A stretch of 64,000 nucleotides of DNA, taken from NCBI GenBank assembly GCA_963727625.1, contig CAVSHR010000002.1:480001-544000 (forward strand), in the 5' to 3' direction. The translations under genes were made by a program, and so were the position numbers. Below are positions 1 through 9,662 of the stretch, one piece after another. Positions within the stretch are counted from its first letter, which is position 1, and the number at the start of each line of letters is the position of its first letter. The notes under the pieces are model-generated. The model saw only the letters and a program-made list of their open reading frames with translations. It was not told where the DNA came from and searched no databases. The stretch comes from an uncultured delta proteobacterium (GTDB lineage: Bacteria; Desulfobacterota; Binatia; UBA9968).

Positions 1-87
1 CGTTACCGTCATTCCCTTGCGCGAGAAAAGTGCCGGGTTTGCCCATCGATATGACGATAAAGTCCTTGAAGTTCTGGTCGCTAAGGG

Positions 88-648
88 GTGATTCTGGCTC
101 GGAGAACGGCGATCGATCACGAAACTAAGTTGAGTTCAGACTCAACCGGAGAGCCACAGGGGGATGACAACGCCTGTGGCTCTTTCGCTTCTGGGGCCGG
201 TTTGAGGTTTCGGCCGATAACCACCGAAGATCTTGATGAAATTATGGTGATTGAAAGGACCTCGTATAGCGTTCCTTGGAGTGTCAATTTTTTTCGCCAG
301 GAGTTGCAGGTTGCCTGTGCTCGTTCGGTGCTCGTCGAGGCCGATGGAAAAATCGTGGGTTACGTTCTCTTCTGGCTATTGCCGGGGGCAATCGATATTC
401 ACAATATTGCCGTGCACATCGACTATCGTCGCCGTGGTATCGCGCATATGCTTCTGGACCGGGTCGTGGCCGAGGCGAGGGGTCGCGCCATACTTCGAGT
501 TTTACTTGAGGTACGGAAGTCTAATTTAGCGGCACAAAAACTCTATGAAACTAAGGGGTTTGTGATCACCGGGATCCGAAAGGGTTATTATTCGGATAAT
601 GGCGAAGATGCCTTAGCGATGACGCTTGAGCTGCCTAGTGGTAGTTAG
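88..648 (+). CDS. rimI: Ribosomal-protein-alanine N-acetyltransferase (GNAT); true start may be downstream
   Basis: IHNIAV..YRRRGIA, LEVRKSN..AQKLY..GF...GIRKGYY..NGEDAL motifs typical of RimI. Confidence 0.9.
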   Translation: MILARRTAIDHETKLSSDSTGEPQGDDNACGSFASGAGLRFRPITTEDLDEIMVIERTSYSVPWSVNFFRQELQVACARSVLVEADGKIVGYVLFWLLPGAIDIHNIAVHIDYRRRGIAHMLLDRVVAEARGRAILRVLLEVRKSNLAAQKLYETKGFVITGIRKGYYSDNGEDALAMTLELPSGS

Positions 649-796
649 CCTTTTGAAATTCGGAGTGGCCTGTTTATAGGCTCGGTAAGCGCTTAATATT
701 TTATACCTAAACAATTGAAAGGACTGTATAATTTGCAGGATACCTCGTTCCCTTGACGGCCTCTGCTTGTCTGGTGTATAGATTAAAAGTTGATTA

Positions 797-834
797 AAAA
801 ATTTAGCGGTCAACTGTTAGACCGCTAAATTTTT
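797..834. terminator. Perfect 15-bp hairpin with A/T tails (bidirectional terminator- or attenuator-like) upstream of carD
   Basis: AAAAATTTAGCGGTC-aactgtta-GACCGCTAAATTTTT. Confidence 0.6.
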
Positions 835-1027
835 CGAAGGTTCCTAGCACCGGATGAACGAGAGCGGAATGATCGAAACGCCCCAAGAAGACCCGCCGCC
901 GATTAATCTGCCGCCCATCCGTTCAACCTTCCAACAGCCCTTCTCGTACGACCATAAACTTTCCTTAGTTTCCATCGGCAGGAGTTCGACTTTGCGAAAA
1001 CGGGTGACAGTTTCGATTTAGGAGGGA

Positions 1028-1516
1028 ATGAGTATGTTTAAAATCGGCGAGAAGGTTGTTTATCCGGCCCATGGGGTCGGCGAGATTGAGGCGATACGAT
1101 CCCATGTCATATTGGGCACCGAGAAGAAATTTTACATGCTGCGAATTCTCGAGACCGATATGAAGATCATGATTCCGATCGACAATGTCGAATCGGTAGG
1201 TTTGCGAAAAATTATCGATCGCGCCATGGTGACGAAAGTTTATAAAGTGCTGCGACAAAAGAAAGTTGAAACGGACCAACAAACCTGGAATCGACGCTAC
1301 CGCGAATATACCGAAAAGATTAAGACCGGTTCCATCCTCGAAATCGCCAAGGTCTTACGGGATCTTTTCGTTTTGAAGGGCGACAAGGAGCTTTCTTTCG
1401 GTGAAAGAAAGATGCTCGATACGGCGCGCAACCTTTTGGTCAAAGAGCTTTCGATCGCGCGCTCCCATTCGGAAGAGAAGATCATGGAGGAACTGCGTCA
1501 TATTTTTACTCATTAA
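1028..1516 (+). CDS. carD: CarD/CdnL family RNA polymerase-binding regulator
   Basis: FKIGEKVVYPAHGVG, WNRRYRE, LSFGERKML motifs; GGAGG RBS; adjacent to ispD. Confidence 0.95.
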   Translation: MSMFKIGEKVVYPAHGVGEIEAIRSHVILGTEKKFYMLRILETDMKIMIPIDNVESVGLRKIIDRAMVTKVYKVLRQKKVETDQQTWNRRYREYTEKIKTGSILEIAKVLRDLFVLKGDKELSFGERKMLDTARNLLVKELSIARSHSEEKIMEELRHIFTH

Positions 1517-1536
1517 GTTTGTTATGCCTTAACCAC

Positions 1537-1571
1537 AAAAAGCCGGGAGTGCTGCTCTCGGCTTTTTTTTT
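1537..1571 (+). terminator. Rho-independent terminator after carD
   Basis: AAAAAGCCGGGAG-tgctg-CTCTCGGCTTTTTTTTT. Confidence 0.75.
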
Positions 1572-1580
1572 GAATAGGTA

Positions 1581-2279
1581 ATGCGAGTAACCGCTATTAT
1601 ACTGGCTGCTGGCGAAGGCCGCCGAATTGGCGGTGAGATTTCCAAGACTTATTTGCCCATCGCCGGGCGAGCGTTGGTGCTGCGGACCCTGGACCGCATG
1701 TTTTCGGCCCGTACGGTCGACGACGTCGTATTGGTTGTTGCCGCCGGCGAGTTTGCCCGCTGTGAGTCCTTGCTGAGCGGCGATATCGGTCTCCGAAATC
1801 GCCGCTGGAGTATGCAGCGCGGCGGCGCCACCCGCCAGCAGTCGGCAAAGCGCGGTCTGGAACGCGTCGGCACCGATACCGATATCGTGATCATTCATGA
1901 TGGTGCCCGGCCTTTCGTTTCCGCCGCGCTCATTGACCGATGCGTCGAGGCCGCCGCCGACAAAGGCGCAGTGGTGGTCGGGCTGCCGGTGCGCGATACC
2001 ATCAAGTTGGTGTCGCCGGACGGTTTGATTCAAACCACTCCCGAGCGCAGCGGCCTCTGGGAAATTCAAACGCCCCAGGTATTTCGACGAGATTTGATTG
2101 TTGCGGCACACGAACGGGCCGAGCGCGAGGGCGTTCAAGTGACCGACGATGCCATGGCGGTGGAGCGCGCCGGCGAGCCGGTTTACGTCCTCGAAGGCGA
2201 ACGAAACAATTTTAAAATTACTCTGCCTGAAGATCTCTGGCTTGCCGAATCATTGATCCGCGAAGGAAAAGTTTCTTAA
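1581..2279 (+). CDS. ispD: 2-C-methyl-D-erythritol 4-phosphate cytidylyltransferase
   Basis: LAAGEGRR, GGATRQQS, IHDGARP, QTPQVF, TDD, NFKIT motifs. Confidence 0.95.
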   Translation: MRVTAIILAAGEGRRIGGEISKTYLPIAGRALVLRTLDRMFSARTVDDVVLVVAAGEFARCESLLSGDIGLRNRRWSMQRGGATRQQSAKRGLERVGTDTDIVIIHDGARPFVSAALIDRCVEAAADKGAVVVGLPVRDTIKLVSPDGLIQTTPERSGLWEIQTPQVFRRDLIVAAHERAEREGVQVTDDAMAVERAGEPVYVLEGERNNFKITLPEDLWLAESLIREGKVS

Positions 2280-3088
2280 ACCGCGCTGTTTTTTAGGACC
2301 TCATTCAGACTGCCGCTGCGGAATCCCTGCAGATCCAAACTGATGTATCGGAACCCAAGCTCTTTGAATTTTTTGACGATGGCATCTCTGATGCCAATTT
2401 CGAAAAGCCGTTCGATTTCGTTTTGAGCCACTTCGATCCGCGCCAGATCGCCGTGATAGCGCACGCGAAATTCACGGAAGCGCAGTTCCTTCATGAAGAC
2501 TTCGCAGCTGCCGACTTGCTTGAGCCGTTCGAGATTGATCGCTGTGCCGTAGGGAAAACGCGAAGACAAACAGGGGCTCGACGGTTTGTCCCAAGTCGGC
2601 AAATTGAGCTCTCGGCTGTAACCCCGAATGTCGGCTTTGGTCATCTCCGCTTGGACGAGGGGATGGCGCACGCCCCATTGGTTTGCCGCCTGTAACCCCG
2701 GCCGGTGATCCTGCAAGTCATCCAAATTCGTGCCGTCGACGATGGTTGCAAGACCGAGCTTGTCGGCCTCGGCGCGACAGATTCTGTACAGTTCGTCCTT
2801 GCAAAAAAAACAGCGGTTAGCGGGATTTTGCGAAAAAGACGGATTTTTTAATTCGTGCGAGTCAAGAACGATGTGGCGGCAGCCTAGGCTTTTAGCAAAT
2901 GCATTGGCGGCATCAATTTCGCCGGACGGCACCGTGGGCGAGGAAGCCGTTAAGGCAATGACCCGATCACCGAGAGCCAGATGCGCCGCCTTGAGCAGAA
3001 AGGTTGAGTCAACCCCGGCGGAAAAAGCCACCAGCAGCTCGTCGCTTTCGCTCAAGAGGCCGATTAGGTGTTCGAATTTTGCGTCCAT
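2276..3088 (-). CDS. larE: LarE-family ATP-dependent sulfur transferase (PP-loop)
   Basis: [10 protein letters not shown]-loop, [35 protein letters not shown]. Confidence 0.9.
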   Translation of the reverse strand: MDAKFEHLIGLLSESDELLVAFSAGVDSTFLLKAAHLALGDRVIALTASSPTVPSGEIDAANAFAKSLGCRHIVLDSHELKNPSFSQNPANRCFFCKDELYRICRAEADKLGLATIVDGTNLDDLQDHRPGLQAANQWGVRHPLVQAEMTKADIRGYSRELNLPTWDKPSSPCLSSRFPYGTAINLERLKQVGSCEVFMKELRFREFRVRYHGDLARIEVAQNEIERLFEIGIRDAIVKKFKELGFRYISLDLQGFRSGSLNEVLKNSAV

Positions 3089-4017
3089 CGCTTATCGCTA
3101 AACAGATCCGTGCTCAGATAATGCTCGCCCTTGTCGGCGAAGATCGCGACTACCACATGCCCTTTGCCCAGGTCCTTCGCGACTTTTAGCGCCGCGCAGC
3201 AGGCCGCGCCCGAAGAGATTCCAACCAAGAGGCCCTCCTCGGCGGCCAGGCGTCGCGTATAAGCCGTCGCTTCTTCATCGCTTACCTTGATCACTTCATC
3301 GAGGATCTGCCGGTTCAGTACGGCAGGAATGAAACCCGCGCCGATACCCTGAATCTTGTGAAAACCCGGTTCTCCACCTGAAATCACCGGCGATGCGCCG
3401 GGTTCGACGGCGCAAATGCGCACGCCCTTCATTTTTTCTTTTAATATTTCACCGACCCCGGTTATTGTCCCGCCGGTGCCGACCCCGGCGATGAACGCGT
3501 CGATGCGCTTGAACTGCTTCAGCAATTCAACCGCGGTAGTTTTGCGGTGCATTTCCGGATTGGCGGGATTGTTGAACTGCTGCGGCATATAGTAATCGTC
3601 ATGTTCCTGCAGCAGCTCTTCGGCTTTATGAATCGCGCCGCCCATGCCTTTGGTGTCCGCCGTGAGGATGAGACGGGCGCCGTAGGCGCTCAAAAGACTA
3701 CGCCGTTCCTCGCTCATGGTGTCCGGCATGGTCAATACCAAGCGGTAGCCTTTTACCGCCGCGATCAGGGCCAAACCGATCCCGGTGTTACCGCTGGTCG
3801 GCTCGACAATCGTCGCGCCGGGTTTGAGCTTGCCCTGGCGCTCCGCGGTGTCGATCATGTTCAGGCAGATTCTGTCTTTGACCGAGCCGCCCGGATTGAA
3901 CGACTCCATTTTTGCCCAAACTTCAGCGTCGTTTTTGCCCGGAAGCATTCTCAGCTTAACCACGGGGGTGGAGCCGATGAGATCCAGTACGGATCGGGCG
4001 CCATTCAAGCTTGCCAC
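3064..4017 (-). CDS. cysK: Cysteine synthase A
   Basis: NPGGSVKDR (PLP lysine), [24 protein letters not shown]. Confidence 0.93.
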   Translation of the reverse strand: MASLNGARSVLDLIGSTPVVKLRMLPGKNDAEVWAKMESFNPGGSVKDRICLNMIDTAERQGKLKPGATIVEPTSGNTGIGLALIAAVKGYRLVLTMPDTMSEERRSLLSAYGARLILTADTKGMGGAIHKAEELLQEHDDYYMPQQFNNPANPEMHRKTTAVELLKQFKRIDAFIAGVGTGGTITGVGEILKEKMKGVRICAVEPGASPVISGGEPGFHKIQGIGAGFIPAVLNRQILDEVIKVSDEEATAYTRRLAAEEGLLVGISSGAACCAALKVAKDLGKGHVVVAIFADKGEHYLSTDLFSDKRWTQNSNT

Positions 4018-4091
4018 AATTTATCTCGTCTTTCTTGAAAGGTGTGAAATTCGAATTAGGTTTGATTCGATGCTATATTCTAAGGTTGTCA

Positions 4092-5129
4092 ATGTCAATA
4101 AAACCAAAAGCAACGGCTCCCGCCGAGCCGCACGGCGCGCGCACTTGCGTCATTTTTCCGGGTGCGCTCGGTGATTTTATTTGCTTCCTGCCGGCTCTGG
4201 GCAAGCTCGCCGAACGCTCGCAGCTCGATCTATTCGCACAAAGCCAGTTTGCCGAAATCACTCCCGCGGGCGTGGCGGTGCAGTCGCTGGAGCGGCCCGA
4301 ATTTCGCCAGCTGTTCGCATGCGAACCGCTGGAAAGTGAGAGCCTCAAAAGTTTCTTCGGCCTCTACGACCTGGTTTATTCATGGCTCGGCAGCCGGAAC
4401 GAGCAATTTGTTGCGCGCCTGCAAGCGCACGCCGGCGGTCGGGCCTTGCTCTTCCCCTTTCGTCCGGAATCGCCTCAGGGTCATCAGGCGGATTATTATC
4501 TCAGCTGTTTGAATCTCGAAGAGGTTTTGCCAAACCAACCCATCATTGCGCTGCGCCGCGAGGCGATCCGCTGGCGCGAAGATTTCTGGGCTGACCATGC
4601 TCTCGATCAGCACCCGATCTTGGCGATCGCGCCGGGAAGCGGCGCGCGGGAGAAAAACTGGCCGGAGGATTTCTTTCTTAGCGTGGTCCAATGGTGGGGC
4701 GCGGCCACCGGAGGGATGGTGATTTTGGTGATCGGCCCCGTTGAGAAAGAAAGAGGCGGTATCGAACAGCTTCGTAACTACTGTTTGGTCGCCGAAGATT
4801 TGCCTTTATCCCGGGTCGCTGCGCTGCTTTGTCGGTGCACTGTTTACTTGGGTAACGATAGCGGTATGTCGCATCTTGCCGCGGCGTTGGGAGTTCGTAC
4901 CGTCGCCCTTTTTGGTCCTTCGGACCCTCGCCAGTGGGCGCCGCGGGGGGCAAAGGTGACGGTTGTGCGGCGAAATATCGCCTGTTCCCCATGCCTGGAG
5001 CCAACCATGAAAAGTTGTTGTCACCGCGCCTGTCTGCACGAGCTTCATTCCCCTGAGATTGTTGACATGCTAGCGGCGTTACCGGAGGTGGTTACCTTGA
5101 CAAGGTGCAGGGCAGGGATTACAGTTTGA
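4092..5129 (+). CDS. Glycosyltransferase family 9 (heptosyltransferase-like)
   Basis: GALGD, PGSG...KNWP, GNDSGMSHLAAALGVRTVALFGP motifs; start placed at ATG 4092. Confidence 0.85.
   Translation: MSIKPKATAPAEPHGARTCVIFPGALGDFICFLPALGKLAERSQLDLFAQSQFAEITPAGVAVQSLERPEFRQLFACEPLESESLKSFFGLYDLVYSWLGSRNEQFVARLQAHAGGRALLFPFRPESPQGHQADYYLSCLNLEEVLPNQPIIALRREAIRWREDFWADHALDQHPILAIAPGSGAREKNWPEDFFLSVVQWWGAATGGMVILVIGPVEKERGGIEQLRNYCLVAEDLPLSRVAALLCRCTVYLGNDSGMSHLAAALGVRTVALFGPSDPRQWAPRGAKVTVVRRNIACSPCLEPTMKSCCHRACLHELHSPEIVDMLAALPEVVTLTRCRAGITV
5097..5125 (+). promoter_or_regulatory. Sigma70-type promoter upstream of DUF1844-degP
   Basis: TTGACA-N17-TACAGT. Confidence 0.6.
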
Positions 5130-5237
5130 GCGAAGAAATTTTGTTGCAATTTAAACAAAAAAAATGGTTTCAGCCCGGCGCTTGCGTAGACGGTCGCCGC
5201 GGGTGGCTTAAGATAGCCTCTGCAACATTCAAATTGC

Positions 5238-5289
5238 TGCCTGGAAATCCGATGGTGCTCAACGGCCAGCCGATTTCCGGGCTTTTTTT
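5238..5289 (+). terminator. Terminator-like hairpin in the leader of DUF1844-degP
   Basis: GCCTGGAAATC...GATTTCCGGGC followed by T7. Confidence 0.55.
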
Positions 5290-5312
5290 CTTGTCGATCC
5301 GGGAAAATTAAC

Positions 5313-5747
5313 ATGGCCAACGAAGACGAAAAGCAAACCGAGGGCAAAGGTTTTACGGTTCAAGATCGGCGCCGTTTCTCACCGGAAACCGGCGAGGCCC
5401 GTGCGGATGCGCCCGAGGTGTCAGCGGAAACCGCTCAGGGTTCTCAACCCACGGGTCAAAAGGCCGAGTCGAAGGACCAAACCAATGACGAGACGTTGCC
5501 TGAAATCAATTTCTCGGCGTTTGTCATCAGTCTCAGCACCCAGGCACTGATGCACTTGGGCGAGATCGCCAACCCGATCAACGAGAAAGACGAGGTCGAC
5601 GTGCCGTTGGCGAAACAGATGATCGATATTATAGGGATGCTCCGAGATAAGACCCGGGGCAATCTTAATGCCAGCGAAGACCGTTTGATGGAAGACATCC
5701 TGTTCGATCTTCGCATGAAATATGTCGAAGCCGTGAAGAAGCGATAG
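5313..5747 (+). CDS. DUF1844 domain protein
   Basis: FVISLSTQALMHLG..NP, AKQMIDII.ML..KTRGNL...E..LM..IL.DLRMKY. Confidence 0.85.
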   Translation: MANEDEKQTEGKGFTVQDRRRFSPETGEARADAPEVSAETAQGSQPTGQKAESKDQTNDETLPEINFSAFVISLSTQALMHLGEIANPINEKDEVDVPLAKQMIDIIGMLRDKTRGNLNASEDRLMEDILFDLRMKYVEAVKKR

Positions 5748-5756
5748 GAGTCGTCG

Positions 5757-7250
5757 ATGGGTTTGAAAAATATCTGGGGTGGCGGCGTCAGTTTTAAGGC
5801 GGTGATGTTGATCGCCTTGACCTCGCTGGTGGTCGGGCTAGGAATCAGCGGCAGCTTGGATTGGTTGGCACCGAGCCGGGCGGTCAATCTTTCGGGCGAT
5901 ACCGGCAATAGCGATAGCGGTCTTTCGAGCGGACTCCCCGACTTCGTAAATTTGGCCAAGAAGATAAAGCCCATCGTCGTTAACATTTCGACCACGCAGG
6001 TGAGCGAAGGTCACGGTTCGCAAGAATTCGGCAGCCCGTTTGGTGAAGAGGACCCCTTCAATGATTTTTGGCGGCGCTTTTTTGGCGGCCCGCTGCCGCG
6101 CGGTCCGCAGCGCCAGCGCAGCCTGGGCTCAGGCTTTATCATCGATAGCGACGGCTCGATCCTCACGAACAATCACGTCGTGGAAAATGCTTCAAAGATC
6201 GTTGTCAAACTTGCCGATGACCAAGAGTATGAAGCCAAAGTTGTCGGCCGGGATTCGAAAACCGATATTGCGGTAATCAAGATTAACGCCAAGACCGCTC
6301 TGGCTGCGGCGAGTTTCGGCGACTCCGACCGGCTCGAAGTCGGCGAATGGGTGGTTGCGATCGGCAATCCCTTCGGTCTCGACAGTACCGTTACGTCCGG
6401 CATCGTCAGCGCCAAAGGCCGGCATATCGGCCAGGGGCCCTACGATAATTTTATTCAGACCGACGCGTCGATTAACCCCGGGAATTCCGGCGGCCCGTTG
6501 ATCAATTTGCGCGGCGAAGTGATCGGTATCAACACGGCGATCTTTAGCCGGTCGGGCGGCAATATCGGCATCGGCTTCGCCATTCCGATCAATCTGGTCA
6601 AAGAACTGCTGCCGCAGCTGCGCGGCAAGGGCAAAGTCGTGCGCGGTTATCTCGGCGTGCTGATCCAAAAGATTACGCCTGAAATTGCCGAGAGTCTCGG
6701 CATGGAACACGGCTACGGTGCGCTGGTGGCCAACGTATCGAAAGACGGGCCGGCCGATAAGGCCGGGGTGAAAGTCGGTGACGTGATCGTCGAGTTCGAC
6801 GGCAAGGACGTCAAAAACTCGGGCGATCTGCCGATCATCGTCGCGCGCACATCGGTGGACAAGAAAGTTCGCATGAAAGTGCTGCGCGACAAGAAAGAAA
6901 CGTATCTCAGCGTCGTCGTGGGCGAGCTTAAAGACGAAGAGGTCGTTGCCACCGCTCCCGAGAAAGGTGAACTCGGCTTAACCGTCCAGCGGCTTACGCC
7001 GCAAATGGCCGAAAGCCTCGGCGTGGAAAGAGCCGCGGGTGTGGTGGTTACCGCCGTCGAGCCGGGAAGCGCCGCGGATGAATCAGGGATTCGCCGCGGT
7101 GACATCATTGTGGAAGTCGACCGCAAAGCGGTGCGCAACATCGAAGATTACAAAAAGGCGGTGGCCGGCGTGCGTAAAGGCCGCGGCGTGCTCTTTTTGG
7201 TGCGGCGCGGTGAAAGTACGCTGTTTCTCGCTCTTAAGCCCCAGCGCTGA
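5757..7250 (+). CDS. degP: Do/DegQ/HtrA serine endoprotease with two PDZ domains
   Basis: LGSGFII, TNNHVV, DIAV, QTDASINPGNSGGPL, two PDZ-like segments. Confidence 0.92.
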   Translation: MGLKNIWGGGVSFKAVMLIALTSLVVGLGISGSLDWLAPSRAVNLSGDTGNSDSGLSSGLPDFVNLAKKIKPIVVNISTTQVSEGHGSQEFGSPFGEEDPFNDFWRRFFGGPLPRGPQRQRSLGSGFIIDSDGSILTNNHVVENASKIVVKLADDQEYEAKVVGRDSKTDIAVIKINAKTALAAASFGDSDRLEVGEWVVAIGNPFGLDSTVTSGIVSAKGRHIGQGPYDNFIQTDASINPGNSGGPLINLRGEVIGINTAIFSRSGGNIGIGFAIPINLVKELLPQLRGKGKVVRGYLGVLIQKITPEIAESLGMEHGYGALVANVSKDGPADKAGVKVGDVIVEFDGKDVKNSGDLPIIVARTSVDKKVRMKVLRDKKETYLSVVVGELKDEEVVATAPEKGELGLTVQRLTPQMAESLGVERAAGVVVTAVEPGSAADESGIRRGDIIVEVDRKAVRNIEDYKKAVAGVRKGRGVLFLVRRGESTLFLALKPQR

Positions 7251-7366
7251 CCATCCTTGCCGATTGTTGTCCGCGCAACGAAACGAGGCCGAGAATCTAA
7301 TGGCGTGTGCCTCGTTTCGTTGCTTTTGCGGCCGTTCTGCGCGACACTTAACTTAAATCTGAGGCG

Positions 7367-9661
7367 TTGGGTTTGAAGCAGTCCAAACTCCGAATTTTTA
7401 GTATCATCCTGTTTGCGCTCCTCGTCATTACCTCCAGCGGCCTGGTCTTTGGCGCATGGTATTTAAAACAGCTCGAGGATACCGTCACCGAGAAGTTTGA
7501 AGGCCGGAAGTGGTTTTTCCCTTCTAAGATATACTCCGACAGTTACCTGCTCTACGTTGGCATCAATCTGCGGCTCGAAGATTTGGCCGAGAAGCTGCGC
7601 CGGCTGGGCTATTTCGAAAGCGCCGGTGCGCCTGACGCCAAAGGCGAGTATCGAATCCAAAAAGCGCGGGGGATCGCCGAGGTTTATCTGCACGACTTCG
7701 ATTATCCTACCGAGCACCGCAAGGGCGTACCGGTGCGCATCTCGCTGCATGGCACGACGGTGACGCGCATCGAAAATCTCGCTTCCGGCAAAGAGATCTT
7801 CGACCTTGAACTCGAGCCCGAACTCGTGACCGGTCTTTACGAGCGGATTTGGAAAGAACGCAGGGTCATCAAGCTGGCGGAAGTGCCGCCAATCCTGGTT
7901 AACGCGATCTTGGCAACGGAGGACGAGCGTTTCTTCAGCCACCATGGCATCGACCCGATCGGCATCTTGCGGGCGATGTGGGTCAACCTTCACAGCATGA
8001 GCTTTCAGCAGGGTGGCAGCACGCTGACCCAGCAGCTGGTAAAAAACTTCTTTCTCACCGACGAACGAACTCTCAGCCGCAAGATTCACGAAGCAATGAT
8101 GGCGTTGATCGCCGAGCGCAAGTATTCCAAGCAGACCATTCTGGAGAATTACCTCAATGAAATTTATCTGGGGCAAAGAGGATCTCAGGGGATTTTCGGG
8201 GTATGGGAAGCCGCGCGGTTCTATTTCTCAAAGCCGCTAAGCGACCTGACGGTGGGCGAGGCAGCGCTTTTGGCGGGATTGATTCGCGCGCCGAACCGCT
8301 TGTCGCCGTATCGCAGCGTTGAGGCGGCGACCAAACGTCGCAATGTCGTGTTAGCCAAGATGCTCGACGACCGTATCATCACGCGTAAGCAGTACGAAAC
8401 GTCGCTCGCAGAAAAGCTGCCGCAGCGGGCGCTTGTCAAAGTGACCAACGATGCGCCGTACTATGTCGATTACTTGAGGCGCGAGCTCGATGAAAACTAT
8501 TCCAACGCGGTTTTGACCAAAGACGGACTGCGGATTTTCAGCAGTTTGGATCTGCAGCTGCAACGCAAGGCGGAGCGTGCCCTGGTCGAGGGGCTTAAGA
8601 AACTTGAAGCAACGCATCCGGCTTTGCGGCGCAAGGGCGATGATGACAGCCTGGAAGGTGCGATCATCGTGATCCGGCCACAAACGGGCGAGATCAAAGC
8701 GATGGTAGGCGGCAGGAATTATCAGAAATCGCAGTTCAATCGGGTGTTTCAAGCCCGGCGCCAACCGGGGTCGGTATTCAAACCGTTCGTCTATCTGGCG
8801 GCGCTGATGTTCGGCGGTCAGAGCGGCACGCTGTACACACCGGATACCGTCATCAACGATAGCCAGTTTACCTGGAGCTATGACGGTCAGGAGTGGCAGC
8901 CAAGCAACTATAACAACGAATACTTCGGCGCGGTGACGTTGCGGCGCGCGCTGGAAAGCTCGCTCAATTCCGCGACGGGCCGGGTGGCACAAGATGTCGG
9001 CATCCGGCGCGTGCGCGAGGTCGCCCATCGCCTGGGCATCCAGAGCCCGCTGCCGGCGGTGCCTTCGCTGGCCCTGGGTTCCGCCGAGGTCACGCCATTG
9101 GAAGTCGCAGTGGCATATTCGACCCTCGCCAATGGCGGCGTGCGCACCCGCCCGCTGGCGGTCAAGCTGGTTCTGGACCAGAGTGGCAAGCCCTTGGAAA
9201 AACGCGACGTGCGCGTCGAGCAAGTGATTAATCCGCAGCTCGCCTATATGATGAACTCCCTTTTGCAAGGCGTTCTCGACCGCGGTACCGCGGCGTCGGC
9301 GCGACGCTTGGGTTTTAATCGCCCGGCTGCGGGAAAAACCGGTACGACCAACGATTACAAGGACGCCTGGTTTGTCGGTTACACGCCGGATCTTCTTGCG
9401 GTGGTTTGGGTCGGGTTTGACGGTCAAAGCAAACTGAACCTGTCGGGTGCCGCAGCAGCGCTGCCGATTTGGACGGAGTTTATGAAAAGCGCGACGGCAA
9501 GCATGCCGGTCACCGACTTCATCAGTCCCGACCCGCTGCCGGAGAGCGAGGAAGGCGCGGCGGGCAAGTGCGCTCCCATGGGCCGTGAAGGCGAGCTGGG
9601 CACGGTGCCCTGTCCGCCCACGGTGACAACCGAGCCGCGCCGGATCCGTGACGCGTTGTGA
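7367..9661 (+). CDS. mrcB: Class A penicillin-binding protein, PBP1B type (UB2H-like insert, transglycosylase, transpeptidase)
   Basis: EDERFFSHHG, GGSTLTQQLVKN, RQPGSVFKP (SxxK), SLN, KTGT; LRRLGY/UB2H-like region near the N-terminus. Confidence 0.88.
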   Translation: MGLKQSKLRIFSIILFALLVITSSGLVFGAWYLKQLEDTVTEKFEGRKWFFPSKIYSDSYLLYVGINLRLEDLAEKLRRLGYFESAGAPDAKGEYRIQKARGIAEVYLHDFDYPTEHRKGVPVRISLHGTTVTRIENLASGKEIFDLELEPELVTGLYERIWKERRVIKLAEVPPILVNAILATEDERFFSHHGIDPIGILRAMWVNLHSMSFQQGGSTLTQQLVKNFFLTDERTLSRKIHEAMMALIAERKYSKQTILENYLNEIYLGQRGSQGIFGVWEAARFYFSKPLSDLTVGEAALLAGLIRAPNRLSPYRSVEAATKRRNVVLAKMLDDRIITRKQYETSLAEKLPQRALVKVTNDAPYYVDYLRRELDENYSNAVLTKDGLRIFSSLDLQLQRKAERALVEGLKKLEATHPALRRKGDDDSLEGAIIVIRPQTGEIKAMVGGRNYQKSQFNRVFQARRQPGSVFKPFVYLAALMFGGQSGTLYTPDTVINDSQFTWSYDGQEWQPSNYNNEYFGAVTLRRALESSLNSATGRVAQDVGIRRVREVAHRLGIQSPLPAVPSLALGSAEVTPLEVAVAYSTLANGGVRTRPLAVKLVLDQSGKPLEKRDVRVEQVINPQLAYMMNSLLQGVLDRGTAASARRLGFNRPAAGKTGTTNDYKDAWFVGYTPDLLAVVWVGFDGQSKLNLSGAAAALPIWTEFMKSATASMPVTDFISPDPLPESEEGAAGKCAPMGREGELGTVPCPPTVTTEPRRIRDAL

Positions 9662-9662
9662 T

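Noticed and set aside
1-91. 3' end of an upstream gene (frame 2, VTVIPLREK...VLVAKG*)
   Set aside because: Too short to assign. tsaB is plausible from context but not supported by motifs.
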